From Trichoplax sp. H2 (Eukaryota), in assembly GCA_003344405.1 (NCBI GenBank), contig NOWV01000188.1, forward strand, positions 124,001-151,579: a stretch of 27,579 nucleotides of DNA. The letters run 5' to 3'. Position 1 is the stretch's first letter. Every line of letters starts with the position of its first letter. Positions 13,163 to 25,659 of this stretch are shown in pieces. A program made the position numbers and the translations under genes. The notes under the pieces were generated by a model. That model did not search any database. It had not been told where the DNA came from and saw only the letters and a program-made list of their open reading frames with translations.

Positions 13163-16100
13163 TTAATTAACAAAAACTTCTGTATCATGTTGATATTCGT
13201 ATGCACGCAAAGTATTTTCAAATAATGCTCCACGATTTTGATCATTTGAGCGCTTGACCCAATGGCCATAAATGTTGAAGGCACAAGAATCAATTAATTT
13301 TCTGATTGGTCTAACACCATACGGATCCTGTTGTATTACACTAAAAGGCACTGGGCCGTATTTTGCTTTCAGAAGGTTGGTGAAAATATGAATTGCCGTC
13401 ACGACGATTGCTGCAATCTAAGGGGTATAACGAATATCGAATATGTTTTATATTAAAATTCTAACGATCGAATTAGAAAATACAACCGAAGTAACTTTCC
13501 AAGAAAACGGTACCTTAAATTTTTTAGGCTTCAAATCTTTTCTGATGTATGACTATATGAGTAGAATAATAAAAGAAAAAATGTGATTAAGTCCAAAAAA
13601 AGGTGCAATATCTAGTGTGTTTACAACTAAAGTAAGCTACTTTTAATAAGTTTTTTATATGCCATAAGGCTAGATATAAATCGACGGCGTTGACGCATCC
13701 GATATGACAACAATGTCTTTGTACAATTGAACTATTGTTAATATCAATTAAGAATTATATATTACCCCAAAAAATGGATGCCTAAGTGCCATTTTAGCCG
13801 TAATACGTTCTCTGGGATTGACAACCAATAATTTTGATACCTTTAATGAGTCATATAAATTATAATGTCACTTGTACGATAAACTAGATTGCATCGTAAT
13901 GCAAATATCAGATGTAAATATTGTCTGTTTAATACCAAATCTTTTGCAGTGTCAGAAACGTCAGTCCATTCGGGCGTATTTAAGGAATAATTGCCATCCA
14001 TAATAGCACGCAACATAACAAGTTGACGACGATGCCAAAAAGGAGGTCGACCTACCAGTCTAGAAGGAAATAATACTTAGGTGTAAATGGAGTTCTTAAG
14101 GTAATAACTACTAATATCAAGTGGTGAAATATAGTACTGATTATTAATTATGGAAGAATATGTCACATACAAAGTGTAAAGAATGACTCCACAAGCCCAC
14201 CTATAGTATAAGTAGAAAAGCATAGTATAAGCATTACATTATAAATCCGTACTTGATGAAAAATCTTTATAAAGGTAACATCAAAGAGGAGGTATAAATA
14301 GGAAATTATGTTATGGCATATAGTAATTTACAAATCAATTTCGATTCCATAACCCATCGGATTAGTCCCTGCGTTGCAATGTAACATTTCAGGTGCAAGA
14401 TATGCAGGCGTGCCACATAGTTCTAATAATAGTAAATACAAACAAACCATTGGTCCATCTTACAAAGCAGTACAGCTCGCTCATATTAATTTCTCAATAC
14501 ATAGAAAATGTATAAAAATTTTGATTCATTATAAGAAGCGATAATATCAGGATTAGCTACTATATCAATTTTCAATTCATTGGAGTATCTAATACATTTA
14601 AATACGTCCATGAAAGGTTAAAATAACATATTTTAATATTTGTAGGGCAATCTTTTACGCCTGCTAAAATATACCACAATTGTTTAATTAGATCGAAATT
14701 GAAAAAATTTCGATAGAGGTCATTTTGTAGATGTAACTTCTTCAAAGTAAGGCTGATTATCAAAAGCTGTAATATTTATACGGTCAGGTTGTAATTATCA
14801 TTCTTCGACTAGCAATTGAAAGTTGAATTCGGTCATTAAATAATTTACTCTTAAATTCTTGATATGGTCATGCCAGTTACATATAGCTTACGATTAGGTT
14901 TACTATTTTGTTGCCTAGTAATTAGTCACTATTTAATAGATCACGATATATTCATATATCATAATATATATTATAAAATCTCAAAATAGTATAACTTGAT
15001 TTGCGCGTTTCATGCTAAATTTATAATATGTATATTTTATAGCCATTTTGGCTATTCCATCTTAAACTATAGTGAGTAAATTAATCCAGTTACAGTGCAA
15101 GTCTATAACGTGCATTTTGATCAGTACGATATTACATACCAGTGAGAGTCTCGCCTTCTTCTAGAATTCTAGCAAAACCAAAGTCGGATATTTTTACTAT
15201 CATCTCGTCAGAAAGGAGAACATTTTCTGGCTGTTTTAATGTCAAATAGTCATCCGTTAGAAAATTATGAAATTTTACTCAACATGATACTGCTAATACT
15301 AATATATCTTACTCTATATTTTTGATTTCAGTACCTTTAAATCACGGTGGACGACATTAAGATCATGCATGTAAGTTAGGGCTTCCAGTATTTGAGCCAT
15401 TATTAATCTATGTGATCACAGAATTTACAGTTGATGAGCCAAAAGAACTAAACGTTTAGCCAAGTTAAGATTTTAAAGGTAGTGGTAACTATCGTCATGA
15501 GGATAGCTGATACAGATTTATCGGTAATAATACTAGCCTTGCTTTTTTTTCAGATAATGTGACGTATCGCGTCATCATGTCGAATAACTCTCCACCAGTT
15601 GCCCTACGCAAGTTGAAATTCAGTTAAAGTGTCCCACTGTTATATAGGTGATCTTAATTTCGAATAATTTTCTTATTAATCCGATATTGTTATATGCGTA
15701 ATACAGAGTGAAAGGTGCAATATTCGTTTTAACATTAAAGCTATTAGTCAGGATAAAATAATTAACTAATTTTAACCCATTACTCGAAACTGAAGTATAA
15801 CGGTAAAGAGTAAAGAGTGTCGGTCAAGAGTCGTTAAATCAGTTAAGTGACGAAAGGTTTGATACTGATATATATATATACAGTATTAGACTGAATATCG
15901 AAACATTAACACGATTTAGATCAGTGGAATGTGCTATTCTGGTACAGCCAATACGATTGTCTATTTAAATTACAAATAATATAATGTATGAAGACCTAAG
16001 ATACAGGTCGATATACTGTAGACGGTAATGATATAGCAATAGCTGCAGAGTAAGTTATTGATGTATAAGTTGTATCCTACAGTACATTAATGATGATATA

Positions 16101-17249
16101 TTGTGGTATTAACTAAAATCCAAGTCATTATTTGCATAAGTTGCATCCTATATAAGTTATTATTATCACGCTCGTATTTAACAGTCGCTATTAACAATGA
16201 CGTAGTCGTAGTTACGAATTTATTATTACATAGGCTGTATTCTATATTAATTAGAATTAGGAAATTACAGTCAATATTTAAGTTAATCTGCATATAGATG
16301 ACATTTATTTCGCAGATAGGTTATAATTATATCAAGAAGACAATACAGTATTAATCATTATTATGAACTTACAAGTCGAAAACGAGGAATTCATATGTTG
16401 GGGTATGGAAAATATCTTGTAGTGTAACTAGAAATATGGAATAGAATTTCGTTGTAAATTCATCTCTTCCAATTTTGACATTACCATTATGACTATTTAT
16501 TTCTAGTTTACATGATGATCTAGGACAACAATCTGTGTTATTTTACAGCACAGTAAGCCATGACGATCATCTATTGGACTACTGGTTATTCAATAGTAGG
16601 AAACCGTAACGAAATAGTTATTACCAGTTGTATTGGTTGAGTAACATTGCCTATTCTACTTACTGATGTTAGAATGTGAATTGAGTAACTGTAACGCCTT
16701 GACTTCAGCATTAATGGCAACTTGAATGCATTCTAAATCTTGAGGATTGGTGAATTTTTGTAAATCGATGATTTTGACCGCATACGATTGATTATCTAGT
16801 TTGTTGATGCATTTTCGTACGACACTGGACATACCCCTAGTTGAAGAAAAGGATACGGTTTGTATAACATAGCTGTGGATTATGTTAGAATACAATCAAT
16901 CGTACCGTAATGACTGTTATTGGATAACAGCACATTTATATAGACTGTATATTACAAAGCGACAATAATTAATCTACCATATAAACATTTCAAAGTTCTA
17001 GTTTAGCCCTACATCGATCATTCTAGTCAGGAAGCTAAACGACTGTGCCCTACCGTTGCCAACAGCATATTCATAAAAATCATAAGCTAAATTTATCTGC
17101 TAATTATCATCAAAGCAAATTATAAGTTCTCTAACTGATCGTCATAATCTATTTCACCTTCCTAAAATTCCCATCGGTTCATATTTGGCATAAAATGCTT
17201 CCGCTTGTGTCTTGTCTGGTAAGGCATCAACAGTATCATTGACCGTCAT
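13163..17249 (-). CDS. PHKG: Phosphorylase b kinase gamma catalytic subunit, 12 exons, 387 aa
   Basis: Exons (minus strand): 17249-17158, 16836-16664, 16427-16373, 15603-15538 (GC donor), 15407-15335, 15230-15140, 14422-14332, 14200-14171, 14059-13936, 13840-13766, 13552-13514, 13417-13163, total 1164 nt. Motifs: [56 protein letters not shown] (Glu in the activation segment as in PhK-gamma), [13 protein letters not shown], and the calmodulin-binding tail [35 protein letters not shown]. Confidence 0.96.
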
Positions 17250-17439
17250 CTTGAATCGATACAAGAATTGTTTATCCGCTTATTATGACTCTGTTCCTAC
17301 CACTACGGCAATAATTTGCACCATTCAGTAGAATGAGTTACTGCTCAATTCTTTCTTCGAATGGCTTGAATTAGCTTTGAAACGATATCAATCTAATAAT
17401 TGGTAAAAAGGAATAAATTGCGATCAAAATTCTCTCTTC

Positions 17440-17660
17440 TCTATCCAGTCAGACGCCATGACCACACTAGGACGTTTAGCTTGGGTCGAAGTGGTCCAGT
17501 CGAGGGTGGGTTAAGTCACGTGAATCAAGTCTAGTGTTGGTCAACATAATACCATATAGTGCTCTTACAGTACTTGCAAGACTATAATAATACCTGATGA
17601 AAGTGACTGCGTCATCCTAACGTAGAAAACAGATGTATGCATCACGTAATGCGCAGGACA
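17440..17660 (-). promoter_or_regulatory. Putative PHKG promoter region
   Basis: Locally GC/CpG-richer patch about 200-400 bp upstream of the ATG. It contains E-box GTCACGTGA (17515-17523), a GCCAT motif and CRE/AP-1-like TGCGTCA. These are motif matches only. Confidence 0.35.
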
Positions 17661-17828
17661 TCAGTCTACGACTGACAGACGGACAACAAGTCCTATACTG
17701 GATGTTTATACTGGTTTACAGATGTATGGATATAGAAGGTAAAAAGGAGTTTTTCCCTTCTTATTTATTTAATTATTGAATTCTACGTATGATCCTAGAA
17801 AACAGCATGCTGTAGACTTCGTCAACAG

Positions 17829-17869
17829 TAGAGACCCTGTACTAAAAGCTTTTTAGTACAGGGTCTCCA
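17829..17869. mobile_element. 41-bp palindromic micro-element (hAT-like MITE remnant) with 8-bp TSD
   Basis: TAGAGACCCTGTACTAAAA-GCT-TTTTAGTACAGGGTCTCCA has perfect 17-bp arms (19 bp with one mismatch). It is flanked by GTCAACAG (17821-17828) and GTGAACAG (17870-17877). The left end TAGAG fits the hAT YARNG terminus. Confidence 0.6.
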
Positions 17870-18188
17870 GTGAACAGTAGCCATAGGGACGACAGCAGTA
17901 AGAGAAAGAAAGAAAGAGAGTTTACTATAGCACGATTAAGATGGAAGCAAGAAAAATACCAACGCCTTTTAAACAGCACTCTTGTTCCTATATAATAAAA
18001 GTGTAAAGTATTTTTATTAGAGAGATTTTTCTGTAGTGAACTCTGCCTAGTTTCCCATATGCACTAGATTGTAGTGGTAGTTAAATCATGAGCATCATAT
18101 AGTTATCGAAAAATATTGCAATATAATTATGGATTATGGGAGAAAGAAGTTTCTGATGGTGATAGTGCAAGGTGGAACCATGGAGCAA

Positions 18189-18244
18189 CTATGGATCACC
18201 CCTACACAGTTTTACAGTTAAAGGAGACCTGTAAAGATCCATAG
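18189..18244. repeat. Interrupted inverted repeat
   Basis: CTATGGATC[13 nt]TTTACAG-11 nt loop-CTGTAAAGATCCATAG. The right arm is the reverse complement of CTATGGATCTTTACAG. Confidence 0.5.
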
Positions 18245-19300
18245 CGAAACCGTAGATGACTTTGCAAATGTCTGCTGTCTATTTGTATTAGCAATTGACT
18301 ACTACTTGGAGATCACAACTTTTCATCGACAAAAATAAATATGAATATGAATCAATATGACGGCCGACTTTTTGTTAGTCATTTTACTATACTTGAAAAC
18401 TGCAACCGTACACCGTACTTTCGCCAACCAACTTGGTGGCCGTGTTACGAGAGCACTTGTAAACGGTACAATTTAAGATCACAGACGTACTATGAAGTTG
18501 AAATGACCAGCAATACAGTCGGCCCTCAAATTTCTATTAATAAAAATCTCATCTCTTTCTCTTCAGTAGTCTCTTCCACAAGACTACTGCGCAGCTAAAA
18601 TTATAATAATTACATTATCCTTTGTCAGGAGCGTTGACCGTGACAATAAGTAATACTATACTTCGATCTCTTGAATGCAGTAAATTTCAATTAAAACCAT
18701 CACCTTACGAAATGAACGTGATAAAGTTTTATAACTAAGGGCACCGCGGATTGCGATGCTGAATATAGGCAGCAATAATTTTATAGTCTTCTACTTATCA
18801 TTTCGTAAAAATGTCAAGGAAGCCTAGAAGCCTTTACATCATCGGAAAATGTTTAATTAACCATTTTGCTTTGCAGTAGGAAAGATTCGCAGATAGCCTA
18901 GACGTGACAGCACACATAATCACGACACTTTCCATTAGCATTACATCTTAAATTTCTAAAATAGTTACAGTTCTTTCATTTTTTTGCTGTTTTACAGTCA
19001 ACATAAACAATGAAGAATTTACAACACCTCGAGTGTGCAAAATTGGACCAAGTTTCCTCGGATTATATACAGCAGTAGTGGTTTTATACATAAACACTAA
19101 TAAATATAAGGTTTATATCTTCCATATCAACAAGATTCCATTATTAGCCACGCATTATGGAAGTATAGCAGCAATATTAAAAAAATATGACAGCGGAATA
19201 TATTATCCAAGTCTAACGTGATATTTTTTCGTGAAATCTGAAAATAGTTTCGAAGTTATAACACATTCATGGCTGACGTATTGAGAATAATAATGATAGT

Positions 19301-22300
19301 CTAGCAATCTTTCTCAATATCAGCTAACGACATTGCTTCTGCACAATCTTTTTGAACCCGATTGCTGGCACTAGATGAAGAAAGTACATCCTTACTGAAC
19401 CATTTCGACAAAGGGTTATTGGGTGATTGCTGAGCTTGACGTTCTTCCATATTCTCAGCTCTAATCGGTGGAGGTTGACGAATGATATCTGGAATAAAAC
19501 CAATTACAAAAAGTGAACACAATGAATAAATAGATAATTTACACTCAAAATGGAAGATGCATTTTTACAACAATATCTTACCACCAGAGAATGAGTTATT
19601 CTCCCTATTCTTATTGAAATTTTGCGGTAGCATATTTTGCATAGGGGAACGCACAATATTTGGCGGCGCGACACGATAGTAACCCATAGGGGGATACATT
19701 CCCGGTGGTCGGTAGGCATCAGGAAAGGGTAACGGTGGTCGACCTAGGAATGATCGAGGACCACCTGGTATCACAACAGGATATGGTGATAGTGGCATCA
19801 TTTGTTGAGGTACTCTTGGATGATGCATATGGTCATGCTTTACTGATGCATTAGCCATTGATTCCATTACTCTACGAGCTTGTAAGTCATCTCTACGTAC
19901 CGATCTTGGTTTAATCTCTACGCTATCACGCATTACTTGTGCTAAGTGGGTATTCATATACATTTCATTATGTACTTGAAAAGAACTTGCCGGTTTAGGA
20001 TCTCCTTCAATAACGTTAGAGCCAACAAGCTTAACTTCTTCTTTAGATTTTTCATCTAATTTAGAGTCGCCAATATGAATTTCTTCTTTAGATTTTTCGC
20101 TTAATTTCTCATCTACAGAGTCTTCCTTCTATTCATTTGAAAAAAATGATCTTCTGTTGGCTATATTATACGCTTCAATTACTACAGTCAAGAGTACTTC
20201 ATTGTCATTATTGAATTACTGACCATGGTAGGCTTGTTCATTCGCTTAGTAACATGTAATTTTTTGAGGACTGATGTTGGCATAAAAGCAGGGGTAACAA
20301 CTGGTGTCTTTTTTGTTATACTTTCAGGGATCTAACAAAATTTCGAGTAAAAAAGGAAGGAATTGATAGCAAGTATTAGAGTAGCCTTCCAAAATTTCAA
20401 TTATTATCAAATTTGATATTATGCTTAACGATTAATTAAATTGAAATAGTTTAATAATTACATTAGGAATGGGACTGTTGTGTACATTCACGGCATTATC
20501 AGTCGGCATAGGGGAAATTGTTGAAATCAAGCCCCTCCTAAATAAAATAGTGTAATAACATTATTATAGTTACTTTAGTAAAAAAATACGTTGGAAATAC
20601 AGTACTTACAATTCATGAGGGGAACCCATAATCTTATTGCCAGGAATTGGCATTGTGTTTGAGTAGTTCACAGCGTTAAGAACTTTTGGCATTGTTGCTC
20701 GACTTGTCGGTTGCTTCACGCCAGGAACAGCTGGTGATATGATAATTGCGGTATCAGAATCTTGAGTTGGTATACCATGTTCAGTTGGTCGATGAAGTCC
20801 TTCGTTAAAGTCAAGCTTTCTAGCAACGTTGACATTTTGTTGCTCTTTCATTTCGCCCTTATTAGTAGTACTGTCTGGAAACTGAGCGGGAGCAATAGGC
20901 AGACTTACATTTTGATTCGCGGCCTGAGAAATCCAATCATCGACTCATTACAATTACATTTATTGCAAGTAGTCGTTTCCAGGCGAATTCAAGATATCTT
21001 ACCTTCCTCTCATTAGCTGGTAGCCTACCCGCAGCACGCATTGAAGCAACTAATTTGTCGAATGCTGATCCTTTATTATTAGTATTTTGCTGCTGTTCGA
21101 TTGGGTTAGTCTCCGATCCTGGATTTTGCCGATACCTGGGAGATCCATCGGGTGTTGCAATAATTTCCGCTAACGAATCAGGTATGATAATATCCAATTC
21201 ATCTTCTTCAAAACGAGCAGAAAAGATATATGAATTGAAACTCATCATTACTCTACAAGTTTACATCACAATAAGAAATATAAAATGTAAATATAAAAAA
21301 TCTGTACTCTGTACGGCCGTTGAATTTGAAAACAGTTTACTAAATCGACTGCTGCCACTTTCGCGATTAGAGATAGTTGTATCCGGTGATAGAATCAAAT
21401 CCTAATAGCAATTTTTAAAATGGATAGACATTAGCTGTACTCGGAAATTGATAAGAATTGGGCAACATTAGTCCGTAAGCTATTTGCTGTACCGGTTCAT
21501 CCATAGTTAAAAATCGATCAAGATCAAAATTAAGTTGATCGTTGTTGTCTTGCGCGTCTTGATTACTTTTCTCCTCGAAATTTTCTAACTTCACTGGCTT
21601 ATTATCATTTATAGCGGGATCCTGAGATTGTGGAATTTCTACTGAATATATAGTGTCATTTAGAAATCTTTTACAATGTGATCCATAAACTTTAAATCTA
21701 TAAGCTACACCATGAATAATTGCATAAAAATTGCCCCGTAGTAGAATAAGTGAATATTCCATATGATTACTATTGCGATAAGGCTACCTTTTTCCTTTTG
21801 CTTATCAAATCCGTGAAGTTCTATGGTCTCCATACGACTAGAAGGTCCAAATGTCATCCATTCAGGTGCATCTTCCTGGCCTTGATTACGATATGAATGA
21901 TTTCTTTGGCCTTGATTCGAAATTAGTCAAGTATCAATTATTTAAGGAATCATAATAATTATGTACAATAGCGGACAGATTCAATTTTACTTACCATTGT
22001 AGTTGTCATTTCCAAGATCCTGCGGACGCTTCTACAGTAGTTGTAAATTACGTTAGTACCATAATACAGCTTAGCGAAAGAAGTAGTGTTAATTCTACTA
22101 TCTCTACTTTATCGTCAATGAAGAGTGGATAACGTAATAAAACCATTCTTTATAAAATTTAAGGATAATTACCAATCGTCGAAAAGGTCGACTTGGCTTT
22201 CCTTTTGTTGGTTGAGATTGCGTATTATCTCGATTTTCTACCGGCGGCGCAGCATTTTGGAAGCTATTATTAAAACTACGGTTTTGCGGACCTAACAATA

Positions 22301-25300
22301 GTCCTTCTTTCTCTCTTGCTTTAATGTCATTTTATTGGCATAAGAAATGGAAATAACTAATATTTAACAAATTTTGGTATTTGTTATATGATTATAACAT
22401 CTATTTAGTAGAGGTAAACAATACGTATAATATATGAACGATATTGACGATTTAATAAGCATCCGTTTGATAAAATCAATTACACGAAACGTTTATAACT
22501 GAATATAATCTAGCTCACGAAAGGAGTATATGTCTTAGAATAAAGAATAGAATGGTAATACCTAAAGATTTTTCAGATTTAAGATATGAGGGTGTAAAAT
22601 CGAAGGTATCTTCAAGAGTATTTTTCCGGCTGTAGTTCTTGATCAGGCAATCTGCATCACTTTGAATTAAAGCAGTCAAATATTGGTCAGATTTTGATGG
22701 CTACTATTTCCATACTTTGGCAAATTATGGCAATTGTAGATTTGCTACATGATACAACAGCTTAATAAACCAAAATCGTATATGCAATTTTGATCTTACT
22801 TATTCAATAAAACCAACGATGAGGGTTTGTCATTTAAATTCTTTTCTCGAACTTCGAGCAGAGATTCCTAGTTGAATGATACTCAAAGTTAATAATTTCA
22901 AGTCCAAGAAGTTGTAAGATCTCCAAGAACAGAAATTAAGATTTAATGAGAGTTTGGAAGCAAACACCGTACTTATAATATCATCACACTGTGAAATATA
23001 CGGATCGTACTTTTGTTTTAAGTTAGCTAGAAAGAATACTACATATCAGCTTCATAATGACGATTTTGTCAATTTATATCAGCACACCATACTAGTTTAT
23101 GAGAGTATAAGCTGAAATAATAGGGTAGTACGCGTTAGGTATGATCAGTGAGTAGCGTCCGTAGCGTATATATACGTACGGTGTACGTGTACGTAAGTCT
23201 ATTGTCATTCGTTACTCAAGCAATTACAAGAACTTTAATTAATCATTTTTCTATGCGATACTAATTAATAAAAGTATTGCCTGAAGTAATAATACGAGTT
23301 AGTAAGACATAAATATGACGAGAAAGTAGTTTGAACGAATATGTGTTAATACATTGCCATTTGTCGCAAATGTATATATATGTAAATGCACGCATAACTT
23401 TCAACCTATTCAGTAGTTTAACACATTGACCATAAGTTGTTTTATCACTACATACGTCATGATATACTAAGGTTACATATATAACACGACGGCTAAGAGT
23501 GGGAACGCAAAGATTACGCGTTAAATATATTTATAAAACTATCTATGAGTTAGCAACTTATTCATGAACATATCCCATATAATATAGTAGGCGGTGATAG
23601 GATTAAAGAATAGAGAGTAAAATCAAGTGTTTAGTATTACATATACCTGTAGCTTGTACAACAAGTATATTCAGTATAACATACATGACATTCATCAAAA
23701 GATCCTAACCGAAAATAATTGTAAATTTCAATCGCTACCGTACTTACGCGATTATAACAAATACGATCATTGCTCAGGGATACGGAGTCATCTTCAAGGT
23801 CAACAGGACTACTTCTATCTTGGTCAAATTCTGTGGTTAATTCATTTTCTGTATAAATTTAGAAATGATAAAATTTCCGTTCAGAGCTTCATTCCTCATT
23901 AGCATTTTTTACTTTTTCACGTTATACTTAAAATACTGCAGTTACTACTAGCAGACGAATTAAAAATAAGCTTTACCACCGCGGACTACTAGAAAGAAAC
24001 TGGTTTCTTTCTAGTAGTCTGCGGTTTTACCTATATTTAGTTCATTATCAATACTAAAGTAAAAACTTAAGAGGAGTATGACGAGTAATGAAAGGATATA
24101 CAATCATTCAGAATATACGCTATAACGTTATTGTGGAGCAACCAATGATAGCAAATGAGTGTTATCCTTTCCGATGAGAACTATTTATTAATCATGTTGA
24201 AAAGAATACATCAATTAGTTCATGCTATATTCAGTGTCACATCTTGTAGAAAACGAATTGTTTTCCACTACGCTCTTATTGGAAAAGTCTGCTTCTATAC
24301 AGATCACAGTTGGAAATGGATTACCATGACAATTATAGTCTTGAGCAAAGAAGGCGATTATAACTTTAGTTACGAAATTCATATGCGTCGATGATTATGG
24401 CATCAAACTGGTCAGTTATTCGTATAAACAAGAATTATCACTAACAAGGTTGAAACTTTCAATTTAATAAAGAAATAAGTGGAAGGTAAATTAAGCGCTG
24501 TACAGTGTATTGTACACCATGAATTCTTCATGGAACAGGCAAACAATACAAGGTTTGCATCAATGTCTGAACTAAATAGCAGCGGTAAAGTCAATTATGA
24601 TGGCTCTCTGTCAATGTAACTGCTATGAATAACACTTTTGCCAATATTGTATCGTCCATATGCCTAATTATAGTAGTTGACTACACAGAGTATGTACAAT
24701 TCTATTGCAAATGCTGTCGTTCTGTAATACAGTATAGCCATAAATCTTATTATTGTTATTCATTCATTATGATGATGATGCCTGGCTAGATGAAACAAGA
24801 CATTTTTGAAAAGTAGAGTAGTATCTTCTTGATAAGTTCGCGTGTTATCATATCAATTTCAAAAACGTAGTTCAAAACGTCGTTTAAAACGCAGTATTAG
24901 CGTAGTATATGTGGATGAAACAAGACATTTTTGAAAAGTACAGTAAAATCTTCTTGATAGGTTCGCGTGCTATCATATTAAGCTCAAAACGTAGTTCAAA
25001 ACGCAGTATTAGTGTAGTATATCTGCACTGTAATCACGAGAATAATTAACGATATCACAAGTATCTTAATATAGCGTGTCTGTCTAGAACGATTAGCATG
25101 CGAAGCCAAGCGTTGCTCTGTTGTCATTCATCTTCGCTTAATTCAATTATAAAACGCGCATAATAGAGAATAGGTAGAGGCAACCGTTGAGGTAGTACGT
25201 CAATATTAGCCTAGCTAGAAGAGAAATTAAAATGTTGGACGTTCTAAGATATCCACTGTAGGAACTTGGCCACCAAGAATTCATCACAGAAAAGATGGGA

Positions 25301-25659
25301 TGAATAGTATATACTGTAAAAAGGTATTTTATGTGCATTCATATTTGATGGATAGTGGAAGGTTTGCAGGAATAAGAGACAGAAAGGGGCAATGAAAAAT
25401 GTCGGCGGTCGTTGATTTTATTTAAAATGGTGATTTGGAGTGGTTAATACGAGCTTTCTACTGCATGATGATTCCTTGTATAGAGAGAAAGAGGGAGAGA
25501 GAGAGTCTCTATCCACGCTGCTGTCTCTAGACAAATGTGTAAAAACATGCAAGCGCTAGGAAGCATAACAACTCGCCAACAATCAATCCCATTGGATGAT
25601 TTTAATGAAAAAAGAAACATTTTACCTAGTTGTGGTTGTTCAACTTGTTGTACTTCCAT
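19301..25659 (-). CDS. EIF4ENIF1: eIF4E transporter (4E-T / EIF4ENIF1) homologue, about 15 exons, about 782 aa; first exon tentative
   Basis: Exons (minus strand): 25659-25626 (tentative start MEVQQVEQPQL), 23848-23748, 22867-22800, 22659-22562, 22318-22173, 22031-21995, 21910-21788, 21641-21430, 21401-21308, 21205-21003, 20923-20610, 20537-20462, 20331-20224, 20128-19582, 19488-19301, total 2349 nt in frame. 4E-T motifs: eIF4E-binding YNRESLL (YxxxxL-phi), LGPQNRSF, Cup-homology PEWMTFGPSSRMETIELHGFD, SSRFSKLF, AFDKLVASMRAAG, FMPTSVLKKL, LSKWFSKDVL and terminal MSLADIE. Confidence 0.88.
23978..24025. mobile_element. 48-bp palindromic micro-element with 6-bp TSD, intronic in 4E-T
   Basis: ACCGCGGACTACTAGAAAGAAAC-TG-GTTTCTTTCTAGTAGTCTGCGGT has 23-bp arms with one mismatch. 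It is flanked directly by TTTACC on both sides (23972-23977 and 24026-24031). Confidence 0.6.
24789..25025. repeat. Recent tandem duplication, 125-bp period, 2 copies, in the putative first intron of 4E-T
   Basis: GATGAAACAAGACATTTTTGAAAAGTA...TCTTCTTGATA.GTTCGCGTG.TATCATAT...AAAACGTAGTTCAAAACG...GCAGTATTAG.GTAGTATAT starts at 24789 and again at 24914. Confidence 0.9.

Noticed and set aside
17460..17530. GC-rich patch with GGGTCGAAG resembling a tRNA T-arm
   Set aside because: No cloverleaf or acceptor stem can be formed.
18564..18589. CAGTAGTCT/AGACTACTG 9-bp inverted repeat sharing GACTACT with the 24 kb palindrome
   Set aside because: It is too short, and the arm orientation is opposite to the 24 kb element, so it is probably chance.
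20909..20923. Apparent 15-nt microexon (AANQN) followed by GTAAGT in 4E-T
   Set aside because: The following intron would be only 27 nt, and the frame reads straight through to 20610, so it is part of one exon.
22973..23026. Possible cassette or poison exon inside the intron splitting the eIF4E-binding motif
   Set aside because: The donor is weak, inclusion in phase 0 gives an immediate stop, and nothing supports it beyond a plausible acceptor.
1447..23902. Antisense or intronic ORF-track entries (e.g. 1447-1689, 6990-7208, 10075-10308, 14572-14763, 16087-16297, 18341-18598, 20762-21405, 23627-23902)
   Set aside because: They are shadows of real exons or AT-rich chance ORFs without homology signals.
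24155..24594. Short ORFs (79 aa +, 60 aa -) in the putative first intron of 4E-T
   Set aside because: They have no recognisable motifs or coherent splice chain, and their lengths are expected by chance.
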